Positions 11,701 through 21,851 of a stretch of DNA of 41,379 nt are shown here, piece after piece (positions within the stretch are counted from its first letter, which is position 1; each line of letters begins with the position of its first letter). Both the position numbers and the translations under genes were made by a program. The notes under the pieces were generated by a model that had not been told where the DNA came from, did not search any database, and was given only the letters and a program-made list of their open reading frames with translations. Source of the DNA: Amoebophrya sp. A120 (Eukaryota > Protista > Dinoflagellata); NCBI GenBank assembly GCA_905178155.1, contig CAJINV010000023.1:129038-170416 (forward strand). The letters are read 5' to 3'.

Positions 11701-13420
11701 GCCCAACCGATTAGAAGGGCCGGCGGGGGTCTCCAGGCGTGGCGCAGTTCCCGCGGACCTGAGAACACCCGCGCACGCCTACACGCCTCGGCCCCCCCCC
11801 CTGAGCTCTCTACCAGCAGCAGCGCCGCAGTGCCCTCGGTTGCAACTGGGACGGGCTTCCGTCATCTCTATCATGTCTTGGCCCCCTGGGTTCTCTAGGT
11901 TCTCGCCCCGAACTTGCTGGGGGGGCGCCCTCAGTGTCTAGACCAATCCTGAGCGCCTTCGTGGCTGATCGGCCACGGCGGCCCTAGCAGCATTCAGCCT
12001 CCTGGTGGGTTCCATTGGTGGCACCCACATCATGGCGACGCCCATAGGTGGCGACGTTGCTTGCTAATCTCGCCGCGATTGCTCTAAGCTAATCCAGGCA
12101 CCCGCTGCATGGCTGTCGGGGAACAGGATGAGGGGCCTTGCTATTTCGCGCCATTCTGGTCGACCGCCTTGCGTCATTTGTTCCGTGCGGGGCTTGCAGC
12201 ATTTGGGGCGATCGTGTTGCGTGTTGTGTGGGATCGATTTCCATGAGCAACAAGAAGGAAGCGTAGGCATGGGGCAAAATGGAAAGCACTCCGCGACGTG
12301 TGTGCCGCCTGCCAGGGGCCTGAGCACATCCAAAGGCACACGCGGGGGGCGCCGAGGTCGCGTCGTTTCGTTGAAGATGGTCCAGGGCCTCGCACTGATT
12401 TGCGTCTGCGTTGGCGTCGTGTTTCGGGGTGGCCTGACTCGCTCTGTTCGGTGAGCGGGACGACAAAGACGACGAGGCGACTAAGGGGTGGCTAGGGTCG
12501 TTACGGTGCTTGTGATCAAGATCGACGGAGCCACGCGGGGGGGTTGAGGCGCGTGCGATGTGCGTAGCGCTCTAGCCAACAGCAGGCAAGACAGAGGCGC
12601 GGAAATTTGGAAACGAAAATAGCTGGCGACTAACTTAGAAGCAAAAGTAGGACGCTCTTCCTACATTCTTGCTCCTCGATCGTAGTCTCCGGCTGTTGGG
12701 CTGGGTTTTGTGTGGGGGAATTCTTCAAGGGCTTTGGCTTTGGGTATTGGGTGTCGTTGCCCTGGGCGCGTGGGTGGTAGCCCTTGCCGAGGCGCATAGC
12801 CGGTGCCAAGACCTTGGCCCCGGTGCCGCCCGTGGTTCAGCTTCGCCGCCCGCTTCTGTGTTTTCGGGGATTTCGGGACCGGGCCGCGAGCTGCTTTGCC
12901 GTTAGCTGTCCTGTATTCCGGGTCCCGTGGGTGTTGTCCATGGACGCCGGCGCTCCGGCACTCCATTCGCCTGCGCCCCTCCTTCTTTTCAAACAACCGT
13001 CCCGGGCTTGTGTTTTTTAAAACATCAGACAAAGAAAGCAGAAACGTAGAGCCCCCCCTCCGGAGCGCGCAGGTTGCAGCTGATGTTTCTGCGTTGGCCT
13101 GGCTGCCCTTGCCTCTTGTCGCCCGCGCCACACCGTCGCCCGTCCGGCGTGGAGTGTCGCCTACCAGCTCCCAGACGGCAAGCAAGCAAGCAGCGCAAAC
13201 AACAGGCGACACGTGTGCAACGGGTGCCCAAGTAGTGTCTGAGAGTGTCATAGCAGACCGGTTAGCGCGGGGCTAGATAACCCCATAGCCTTCATTGGCG
13301 CCATTTACCAGGGAAAGAAGTTGGCCACCAGCCTGCCGATGCGTTTCCAGAAGCACTTTCTATACCGAAGAGAAATAAGGCGGGCCCATACCCATTATAA
13401 ATATTATTAAACTATATATA

Positions 13421-13620
13421 AAGCTGCTTAGCTAGTTGAAGCGCGTTCGCGTCTACGTTTTTGCACTCAAAGCCTCATCGTTGAACGAGGTAGCTCAGCA
13501 GGCTTCTCCTTCTGGCATCTTGGGGATGCGTGGAGCCTGTTGAGCTGCCTAGCTTAAGCATCAACCCAATTCGAGTTAATTTGAGCAAAGAACGCGCTTC
13601 AACCGGCTAAAGCAAAGCTT
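13421..13620. repeat. MITE-like inverted repeat, ~200 bp
   Basis: AAGCTGCTTAGCTAGTTGAAGCGCGTTC (13421-13448) versus GAACGCGCTTCAACCGGCTAAAGCAAAGCTT (13590-13620), AT-rich flanks. Confidence 0.65.
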
Positions 13621-13802
13621 TAAAATTTAATTTCTGAGCCTGTTATACCCAAACCTATGATTTTCGTGCGTTGTGTAATGCGAAGGGGCAGCCTTCATCG
13701 GCACAAAAAGCGCGGCTTGTTTTTGTTCGTCCTCATCGGCACAAAAAGCTTTCGCTCCGGCACTCTTCTCGCCTCTATTTTGTGTGAAGGTCCTCGCTTT
13801 GC

Positions 13803-14219
13803 ATGCAGAAAAGCGCAGTAGAAAGCCATGCTCTGAATTACAGGAACTATCTAAGACGGCAAAGCGCCGCCGCGCTTTTACTTTTTCGGTATGGGGATGG
13901 GTCTGCCTCTGCTTTTCGCTTCAAAACGAAGGAGCGTCTTCAGAAGATAGACCCGGAGCTATTGAAGTTGCTTGATGCGCCGGAGTGCTTCTTCATTTTC
14001 GACGAGGGCTGGAAGGCGCGTGCCGATGAGCATTGGACCAAGGCGGAGACCTGGGACGGCGCTGCCGTGTCAACGTCTGACGTTGACGAAACAGACGACA
14101 ACGCGAAAGAGGCGCGCCGCCTCCGCATGTTTGGGCGCCTTGCGCGCGCTTTCCTCGGACTTCCTGTCTTTACGACAAAGGAGGGGCCAGCAGAGCCCTA
14201 CCGCGCTTATAATTTATAG
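13803..14219 (+). CDS. Hypothetical protein, 138 aa (may be a fragment)
   Basis: ATG-initiated ORF with protein-like composition in otherwise non-coding DNA; no recognised motif. Confidence 0.35.
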   Translation: MQKSAVESHALNYRNYLRRQSAAALLLFRYGDGSASAFRFKTKERLQKIDPELLKLLDAPECFFIFDEGWKARADEHWTKAETWDGAAVSTSDVDETDDNAKEARRLRMFGRLARAFLGLPVFTTKEGPAEPYRAYNL

Positions 14220-14558
14220 CTTGGACGGCCATTAGATTTTTAGATGGTGAATTTCAAACGATCTCAGGGATCTTCAGAATATGATGAGTGGCGCTGCGCG
14301 TATTTCTTCGGGGAAATAGCGAAACTCACTTGATGCAAAAGCCCAAGCGACGCAAACGCCAAAACTTCCCGGCACCGGCGAAAATTTTCAAGCAAAAAAA
14401 AACGCGCGGTGAGGCACCAAGGTGCGTCGCTGCATTGCCTGCGCGTTGCGCCTTGCCCGATGGGCTGCGCAGTAGCCTCGCGCGGCTCCTCTTGTTTTCT
14501 GGGTGCTTTGGATGGTTGGCCAGCCTCTGACTTCTCAATCTGTCCGGCGCCTTCTGCT

Positions 14559-14781
14559 TGCGATCGGTGAGTTTAGTGGTGAATTTAAAAACGGCAGGCC
14601 GGTGAATTTAGTAAATTGCGTCCGGTGAATTTAACTTCCCCCTACCTGTTTCTCGATTCTGGGTCGCCACAAAACTGGCGCCAGTTTTGCCATTTATTTC
14701 TAAACCCACCGCCACCGGACGCAATTTACTAAATTCACCGGCCTGCCGTTTCTAAATTCACCACTAAGCCCACCGATCGCA
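14559..14781. repeat. Near-perfect hairpin/MITE-like element, 69-bp arms
   Basis: 14559-14627 versus 14713-14781 with 3 mismatches; GGTGAATTTA sub-repeats; loop holds perfect 20-bp palindrome CAAAACTGGCGCCAGTTTTG (14670-14689). Confidence 0.93.
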
Positions 14782-16804
14782 GCATACCATCCGCAAAGGG
14801 GGTGCTTTTAGGCCGCTTTTTGGCGCCAAAAAGCACGGCACTCCGCGTCGATGATTTTTAGCAAAAAAACCATCCTCGTCATACCATGAGGAATGGCGTT
14901 CGAGTAGACGCTTTTCCATATGGAAGCGCTGTTTTTTTGCGATTTTCGTTGCCCAAAGTTGGAACATGGAAGTGGAAGTGTTGAGAAGGAATGGAGAAAG
15001 TCAGGAAGCTTCCAAAAGGCGCACTTCGCGAAAAAAGACGCAGACAAAAGTGGTAGGTTGAACGATGTTGGGAGGGGGGTTGCCATCAATGTGGGGGAGC
15101 CTTGGCGACGAGCACAGTGCCGCCGTTGCCTCTATTTGTGCTAGCCCTAGCCTCGCGAGCCATAACCGCCCGAAAGACCAGCCCCGCGATTCTCCGCTCC
15201 CTCTAAAATCACTCGAAATCCACCGCCCCTATATCCAATGGGCGTCCAAGCTGTAGCGTATAACTGGAAAGAAAGACAATGACTGCCAACTGGATAACTC
15301 GCTGAAGCTAGTGCGTTGCGAATGAAAGCCGGGGCCCCAGTTCGCGGACACATGAAAACACGAAGCCACCAGTAGGCAGCTGGCCTATCGTCACCCAAGC
15401 AAAGCCAAAAGCCTTGCCCGAGAGTCGTGGCGGGCGCTTTGGATGATGAATCTCGGCGGGGCTTCTCAGAACGAAGAAAAGGCCCCTGGTGTTCTAGATT
15501 TTGGCTCTTTGGGGTCTGTTTCGATTGTGTGCCCCCATCTCTTTTCGCATATGTTGCGCGCCTGCCCCCCGTTTGCGCTTGCCGAACTGCGTCGCATGGA
15601 TGGGCGTCACGGAAAACCCGGCCCAGCTTGGATTGGTCCACACTGCGCAAGCCAACCCGTCGCCCGCAGGGTTTTTTTCTAAGCTTCGCCCAGGCGACAA
15701 AGTGCCTGCGCGAGAAGAGCCGCCGCCGCTGGCCCGTTCTGGGCGGGCTGTGCCCGCACGGGAGCGGGGCGGATCAGATGCTAGGCCCCGGCGCCTTGGT
15801 GGCCCCCCGCGCCCGGTGCGGGCCGGCTTGTGCCCTCGCAGGTGCTGCTGCCGTGAGCATAAACACGGGCGACGCAGCTCGGCGCGCAGATGTACAACAG
15901 CAGCGGCGGCGACGGGGCTGCAGGAAAGGGCAGCTCGCCCCGTGTAAAAAGAGAAAAGGCGGAGGGCCCCTATTTCGTCTTTGCTGGCGCTGTGTCTCAT
16001 TGTGGCGCGCCTGAGAGAGAGAATGCGCGCGCGCGATTTAGCGCACGGAGGCCTGGGTCTGGCGCACTTGAGAAAAAGCCCCGGGGTTGTGTTGCACGTG
16101 ATAAACCCGCCACCAGCCCGCTGCGCAGGAGCTCGTATCTTTTTTTTTGTGGCGCCGCACTTGGCCTCTGCCTCCGCTTCGCCGCAACTAAGATCAGTGA
16201 AAAAAACGCGCGGCCGCCTGCTGGGTCCGCGGGAGAGGTAGGCGCCAGCGCGGATATAGGCCTTCGAAGGAGGCGACGACCGTAGCCCGCATCGTTGGAA
16301 CGTCGCTCGCGCACGCTCTAAAGGACGCACGCACGGCGGGCGTGAATGTGGATAACAGTGATACATAGCACAACCTGCCACCGCAGGGGGCGTTGGCGGT
16401 TTCTGTTCACCTTGGCGCCGAACTGGTCGCGCCGGCCTTCGTCGGTGGCCGCTATGAAACAAACACGCCGGCCAGGCTGACGCCGAGCGACCTTGGGGGC
16501 GCTTTTTCGTGGCGGCCCTCCGCCGGCCCACGCCTTTCCGGCCTTGACAGAAAACAGACCGGACAGCCCCCGGGGGTCAGTGCGTCTCTCACGGGGTTAG
16601 AGAGCACGCTTGCGCTTGATGGGAAGCGCGCGCGCAATAACTAAAAGTAAGGGCGAGCGCGTGGCCCCTCGCCTTCTTCGTGTTATGTAGCCTGCCCGAG
16701 TATTAGTTTCTAGAACCGTCGAAGAGGAACAACACACCGGTCGATGTGTACACAAAAAAAGACAAAAAAAGCAAAAGGCGCGCTGTTTTGCAGAATATAA
16801 GGGG

Positions 16805-16957
16805 CCCAGAAAGTCGACAGATTTTGTCCAGTGCCCAAAAGCCGATGGACATCCAAAAAAAAGGAAAAGAAGCCCACTTTTTTGCAGAGGATAAGCGGCC
16901 CACAAAATCAACCGATTTTGTCCAGTGCGGAAAAGCCGACGGACATCCGAAAAGCGC
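16805..16957. repeat. Two imperfect ~55-bp direct repeats
   Basis: GATTTTGTCCAGTGC..AAAAGCCGA(T/C)GGACATCC at ~16820 and ~16914. Confidence 0.8.
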
Positions 16958-18819
16958 TTTTTTTTTGAAAAATCTGCCGCCCGATCTGACATCGCCGGTA
17001 AAAGATGGATTTTAAATTTGTCACGCGCTCCATTTCATCGCGATTGAAGGAGCGATCGCGTGTAGATCCTGCGGAGGCGTGTCCACCCCACACGGCTTTC
17101 GACCTCTGTGAGGGTCGCAATTTGGCACCCTTGCCCCGATTGGAAAGGACCGACTGGGGTGGCCCAAAAGGGCTGCCAGAAATGACGAGAACTGTGTAAG
17201 TTTTTGAAGTTTGTGCATTTTCCCGGGCAGGCGGGCCCCCGTGCCTAACGCTATGCGCGACGAAGTGCCTCCCGCCAAAAAGCGCAGTCGTCTGCGCGCC
17301 CTTGCTTCCTGGTTAATAAAGGATGAAAGCGCGGCCTGAAGCGGGCTGCAGTGTTGGACCGCGGTCCAAAAGTGGCGCCCGCGAGGGCCGCGCATTCATC
17401 CTCTTCTAACCAGGAGGTCAAGGGATGCGCGGCAGCCTTCGCACTGACTGGGGCGGCTCGCACCCTTTTGGTTACCAGTATCGCCCTCCGGGCGCGAGCT
17501 TCATACTGCAGCGCGAATCGCGCTGCCGTCTCGCTTTGGCTCCGTCCGCGTGGCGGAGGGGATGGCGGACCCACTTGAACTGAATAAGCCGGATATGGGT
17601 TTTTTTCGCCAGTTCGCCTACCGTTACCACCTGAGAACCAAAGGGCGCGCAGGCACTCGCCCGTCCGAGGTGCCCCCCGATCGCAAGCGGGGCGCGAAGG
17701 CGTTGCCGTTGCCATGTGGAAGCTCTTCGGGGGACTGCAGCCAGTTGCAAGGCCGGCCATTTCTGGCTCGGTTTCTTTTGCCGCCGGAAAGTGGGCCCAT
17801 TCAAATGCTTAAAGCTTTGGCCTCTATTTTAAAAAGCTGGCAGGCGCAGGCCTGCTCAAATTGGTCAGGGAAAAGGGTAGGCAGAGGACTTCTCCAGCAC
17901 CGCCCGACCAGTTTCCAAAGAAAGAAGCCCGGAGCCTCGACTACTCCCGATGGCGTGGCGCGCCTTGCGGCGGAAATTTTGCCAACCGCCGGCTGCCCCG
18001 GCCGGTTGGAATTCTAGAAACAGTAAAAACGAATAGGCCCAAGGTTTTGCAAAAGGTAACGCGCTCGAGAAAAGCCTGGACTTCGCCCGCGGCCCGAGGG
18101 CCGACAATTTTCCGAAAAAGAAAAACAAAAAGCAGAAGCCGCGAAATATTTTGGAGAATGAACGTTGCCTAAAATAAAGGTCCGGACTTTATCCGCGGTC
18201 CGAACAAGGCTGACGAGGTTCCAAAGGGCATCGCTTTGGTGCAAACCCCGGCCCCCGCAACCTATGAATTGACAAAATAGGGCTGAGGACATATCCCGGA
18301 GGAGAAAGCGCTGGCACCTTTAGAAGTGGGCGCGGGGCCGCGCTCCTTGCCTCTTGCCAAAAAGCCAAGGGAGGCGCGGCCGCCTTCGCGCTGGCTGTCT
18401 GGGCTGGCTCGCGCGCTCTGGGTTACCCCGAAAGGGGCCTGCGTGCCTGAAGTGAGTGGAGTGACTGTGTCTTGTTGAGAGCTCGCCAGCCATTCGTGTT
18501 TGCGCCGTTCCGGTCGCAACGCTGCGGACTTTTGACATTGACCAAGAAGTTTTTTTCCGTATCGCCCTTATTTTTTCTTTTTCATCGAAAGACCGTAGCT
18601 AGCGCGTAAGAAGTATGTGTGTGTCCTTTTGCGATAGGGGGGCTGTTGTGCCCTGCGTTTTTACGGGTCGCGGGCCTTCGCCCACTGCAACATGACGAAA
18701 ACTAATTTTGCGTCGATCCAGTAAAGGCGGTGACGGTAAGCGGCAAGCGCGTGCAGGGGGACAGCAAGAAGACGGCCTGTCGTGGTTCTGTTGCTCGTTT
18801 TCGTTGCGAATCCGCTGAG

Positions 18820-21303
18820 ATGGCCAGCGGCGGCGCACGCAGTCCCAGTCGAGACGGCCAGGCCTGGCGTTGTTGCTTTCCGTGTTCGGCCTGGTGGTTT
18901 TGCCGTTGGATGTCTTGGATTCACTTCGCCAACCTTGTCGCCCTGGCATGTTGCCGAGAAGCAGAATCCGGCACGACGGCAGCCGTTGTTGCAGACGGTG
19001 CGGCGGAGCCGCGTCGCCAGGAAGGGCCCGCGAAGAAGTCTCAATCCTCTACCCCGGTTGCCCCCGGCGGACCTCTTCCTGCCTTTCCTGGGAGTCACAG
19101 CAACGGCGCTGCGTCTGTTGTTCAAGAACATGCCGGGTACGAATGGGCGCATGACGGGCACGAATTGGCTCAACTAGTAAAGAGCAAATCGGAAGAGTTT
19201 GGAATGGTAGATCTTTTTGAGCTTCCGGGCAAGCCGTCATTGCCCATACAATATCTGGGCGCTCTTGCGGTATTTAACCTGGGCTTTCTCGGTGGACAGA
19301 GTAACGACGGCATTGCCCGCGTGCTCTTCTTCAAATACCATCAGAAGCTGCAGCCGAGCCAGAGCGCAAGCAGTCCGAGTGGAAGTGGATACGGTTATCG
19401 TCACAATGATAATAAAGCTGTTGACCGAGCAGACACCATCTGCAAGTTTTTTGTGAGCCTTCCTGACGAGCGCGAGTCTTCTGTCTTTACGAAGCAGACA
19501 GTACGGGTTGAGCGGGAGTATGAGATGGCGCGCACTGGTGGCATTCGCGGTGGAGACGGGAACGAAGCCGGGGGCTTGGCGTTTGGTTGTCGCTACTTCC
19601 CAAACGGTGGCGGCGTGAACGCGGGTAAGACCGCGGAGGGCTCGCGGCCTTCATCGCGCATCACCGCAGCCGGAGCTGGGACACCAGCAAGGCCTGCGCA
19701 TGCAGATGCAGGTGAGCCCGAGCATTATTTGTTTGCGATCGAGCGCCTTATTTGCCGGGGTTTGAACAAGCTTGCTGCAGAGAAAAGAAGTCCGGTGCCA
19801 AAACCGACGAAGGAGGGCGAACTTTATGCAACGTGCTCCGCTAAGATGGACGGCGACGCGATGACAGAGGCGGGGTTGCTCGCAGTGGGCCCTCAAGACT
19901 CACACCTGGCGAAGCTTTGCACAAACCTGGCAACCACCTCTCCCCCGGCGGCTGCCGGCACGCCACCTGCTCCGGCTTCTTCTACTAAATCTGTAAGCAG
20001 TTCCGAAGTCGCTGGGCCCGACGCGACCGGGCTGGTCAACGAGATTTTACGTAAGCTGTTGGGCGACACAAAAGGAAGCGCAGAGGAGCTGCCACGGGAA
20101 GGCGGCTCGGGTGGAAGTTTGGTGGCAACCGCCGCGGGCGAGGGCGCGCTCAGGAAGCCAGCGCAACCGCCTGCCCCACTCGACGGCGACGGCCTCGAGA
20201 TTTCTCATGACCAGGCTAGCGACTGGCGAAGAGCAACAGCGGCGTGCCAGATACTTCTGGATGATTTTCAACGAAAGTGGCCATTGGCAAAGTCGTTCGC
20301 CCGGGAGATGGTTGAACAGGGCGCAAAAGAAGTTGCGCTGCTTCACAGCATCGGGATCGAGCACGGGGACGTGAAGCTGGAGAACATGCTGGTCGCGAGA
20401 GAGGCCGCGGTTGCTCACATTGACACTACCAGCGCAAAGACAGACGCCGGCGGTGGGGTACAACCAGAGTACAGGATCAAGCTTGGGGACTTGGACGGCG
20501 CTTGCCGCACGCAGAGGGAGGGCGAGGTCCGTTCCGGCGAGGAAGGGCCGGCGGCTGGCGCCTCGATGCTAACTACAAGCGACCCCCTTTTTGAGGGCGA
20601 GGGCGCAAGCGTCCCGGTGTGCCGGTCTGGCACTACCTGGACCTCATGGACGCCCCGATATGCGTCACCGGACCACTTCTTATTCACCAGCGAGGGCCCA
20701 GCCCCAGGCCGCAACGCGCTGCGCGGGGATCTGCACTCTTTGGGCCTGGCGCTTGTCAAGCTCACCCAGGTATTGTGTTTGACCGGGAAAAGCATCTCCG
20801 AGGCACTTCATGAGGCCGGGCCGAATGATTTTTTTCGAAGGAATATGAAAGAAACGGCGCGGAAGGAAAAGTTCGATATGGGTATTGCGGTGTTCCTCTC
20901 GGTGCACCTTCCAAACTTCGAGCGGCCACCGGGCACTTCGTCTTCGCTATTGGTCCAGGCTTTTGAACAAAGGAAGAACGCCAGCGCGTTGCGGGCCAAG
21001 GCAACTTCACCATCACCGGACGCCGAGACGCTCGCCCAGGGGGATGAAACCTCGGCAGCGTGGCTAGCAGACAGAATCAACTGCGAGAGTGGTGGTGAAA
21101 ATCTATTCGAGACGACACACGCGCGAAAAATTGCAAAAATGCTACTGGGAATCCCCCTCGACCAACCCGAAACCAGTAAAGGTAGATCTTCTACTAGCAG
21201 TAACGCCTATCAAGCGTACCCATGGACAGAGTTAGTGTCGATGACAAGTCCAGCTGCGCCTACGGCGGCGAAAGAAGCTGTAAGACGCCAAGTGCGTGTA
21301 TGA
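18820..21303 (+). CDS. Intronless divergent non-RD Ser/Thr protein kinase, 827 aa from first ATG
   Basis: Uninterrupted ORF; HGDVKLENML (catalytic loop), KLGDLDG (DFG equivalent), WTPRYASPD (APE equivalent), RGDLHSLGL (subdomain IX); hydrophobic Cys/Trp-rich N-terminus. Confidence 0.88.
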   Translation: MASGGARSPSRDGQAWRCCFPCSAWWFCRWMSWIHFANLVALACCREAESGTTAAVVADGAAEPRRQEGPAKKSQSSTPVAPGGPLPAFPGSHSNGAASVVQEHAGYEWAHDGHELAQLVKSKSEEFGMVDLFELPGKPSLPIQYLGALAVFNLGFLGGQSNDGIARVLFFKYHQKLQPSQSASSPSGSGYGYRHNDNKAVDRADTICKFFVSLPDERESSVFTKQTVRVEREYEMARTGGIRGGDGNEAGGLAFGCRYFPNGGGVNAGKTAEGSRPSSRITAAGAGTPARPAHADAGEPEHYLFAIERLICRGLNKLAAEKRSPVPKPTKEGELYATCSAKMDGDAMTEAGLLAVGPQDSHLAKLCTNLATTSPPAAAGTPPAPASSTKSVSSSEVAGPDATGLVNEILRKLLGDTKGSAEELPREGGSGGSLVATAAGEGALRKPAQPPAPLDGDGLEISHDQASDWRRATAACQILLDDFQRKWPLAKSFAREMVEQGAKEVALLHSIGIEHGDVKLENMLVAREAAVAHIDTTSAKTDAGGGVQPEYRIKLGDLDGACRTQREGEVRSGEEGPAAGASMLTTSDPLFEGEGASVPVCRSGTTWTSWTPRYASPDHFLFTSEGPAPGRNALRGDLHSLGLALVKLTQVLCLTGKSISEALHEAGPNDFFRRNMKETARKEKFDMGIAVFLSVHLPNFERPPGTSSSLLVQAFEQRKNASALRAKATSPSPDAETLAQGDETSAAWLADRINCESGGENLFETTHARKIAKMLLGIPLDQPETSKGRSSTSSNAYQAYPWTELVSMTSPAAPTAAKEAVRRQVRV

Positions 21304-21851
21304 GAACGACAAAGAAAGTCCCAATTTGCACTGCACCAAGACGCATGTAAGCTACGAGCACGGACAACCCAAGAGTTACACTTGCATTGTATACTAGCGG
21401 CTGCGGCCAGGCCATTGTTTATTAATATTAACTTGCGCGGCAAATGTGAAAGTGTTCCGTTGTGGAATCGTGTACGGGTATCAGGACCAAGATCATGATT
21501 TGATCAAGATCTTCTGGAACTTCAAGGCTTTATCCGTAGTTTTCATTTTCGCTGTCTTGCATTGGCATTGCTCCGCTTAGGCACCACTTACGTATTACTT
21601 GAGAAAGCAATCCCTCTCAGTTAGACGACAAAACACAAGCACTGCGCCCGTTTTCTTTCGATTCCAAATTTTTTCGTGCCAGTTTTTGTCTTCATTTCAC
21701 AAGAACAATAAGGCTCCCCGGTCGTTCGCCGTCTCCGCACCGTTCAGGTTCTTCTCCTCGTTGCAGCAGTGGAGGAGGTGGTGGAGGCGAGCGTCCCTTC
21801 TGCTGATCGATGTACCTATGAAAAGAAACGAATTACGCTCCTTCGAAGAAG

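Noticed and set aside
18592-18599. Relict dinoflagellate spliced leader upstream of the intronless kinase
   Set aside because: Only ACCGTAGC matches; the CATTTTGGCTCAAG remainder is absent.
14800-18700. Numerous 60-345 aa ORFs
   Set aside because: Arg/Pro/Ala-rich overlapping ORFs with no recognisable motif, typical of GC-rich non-coding DNA.
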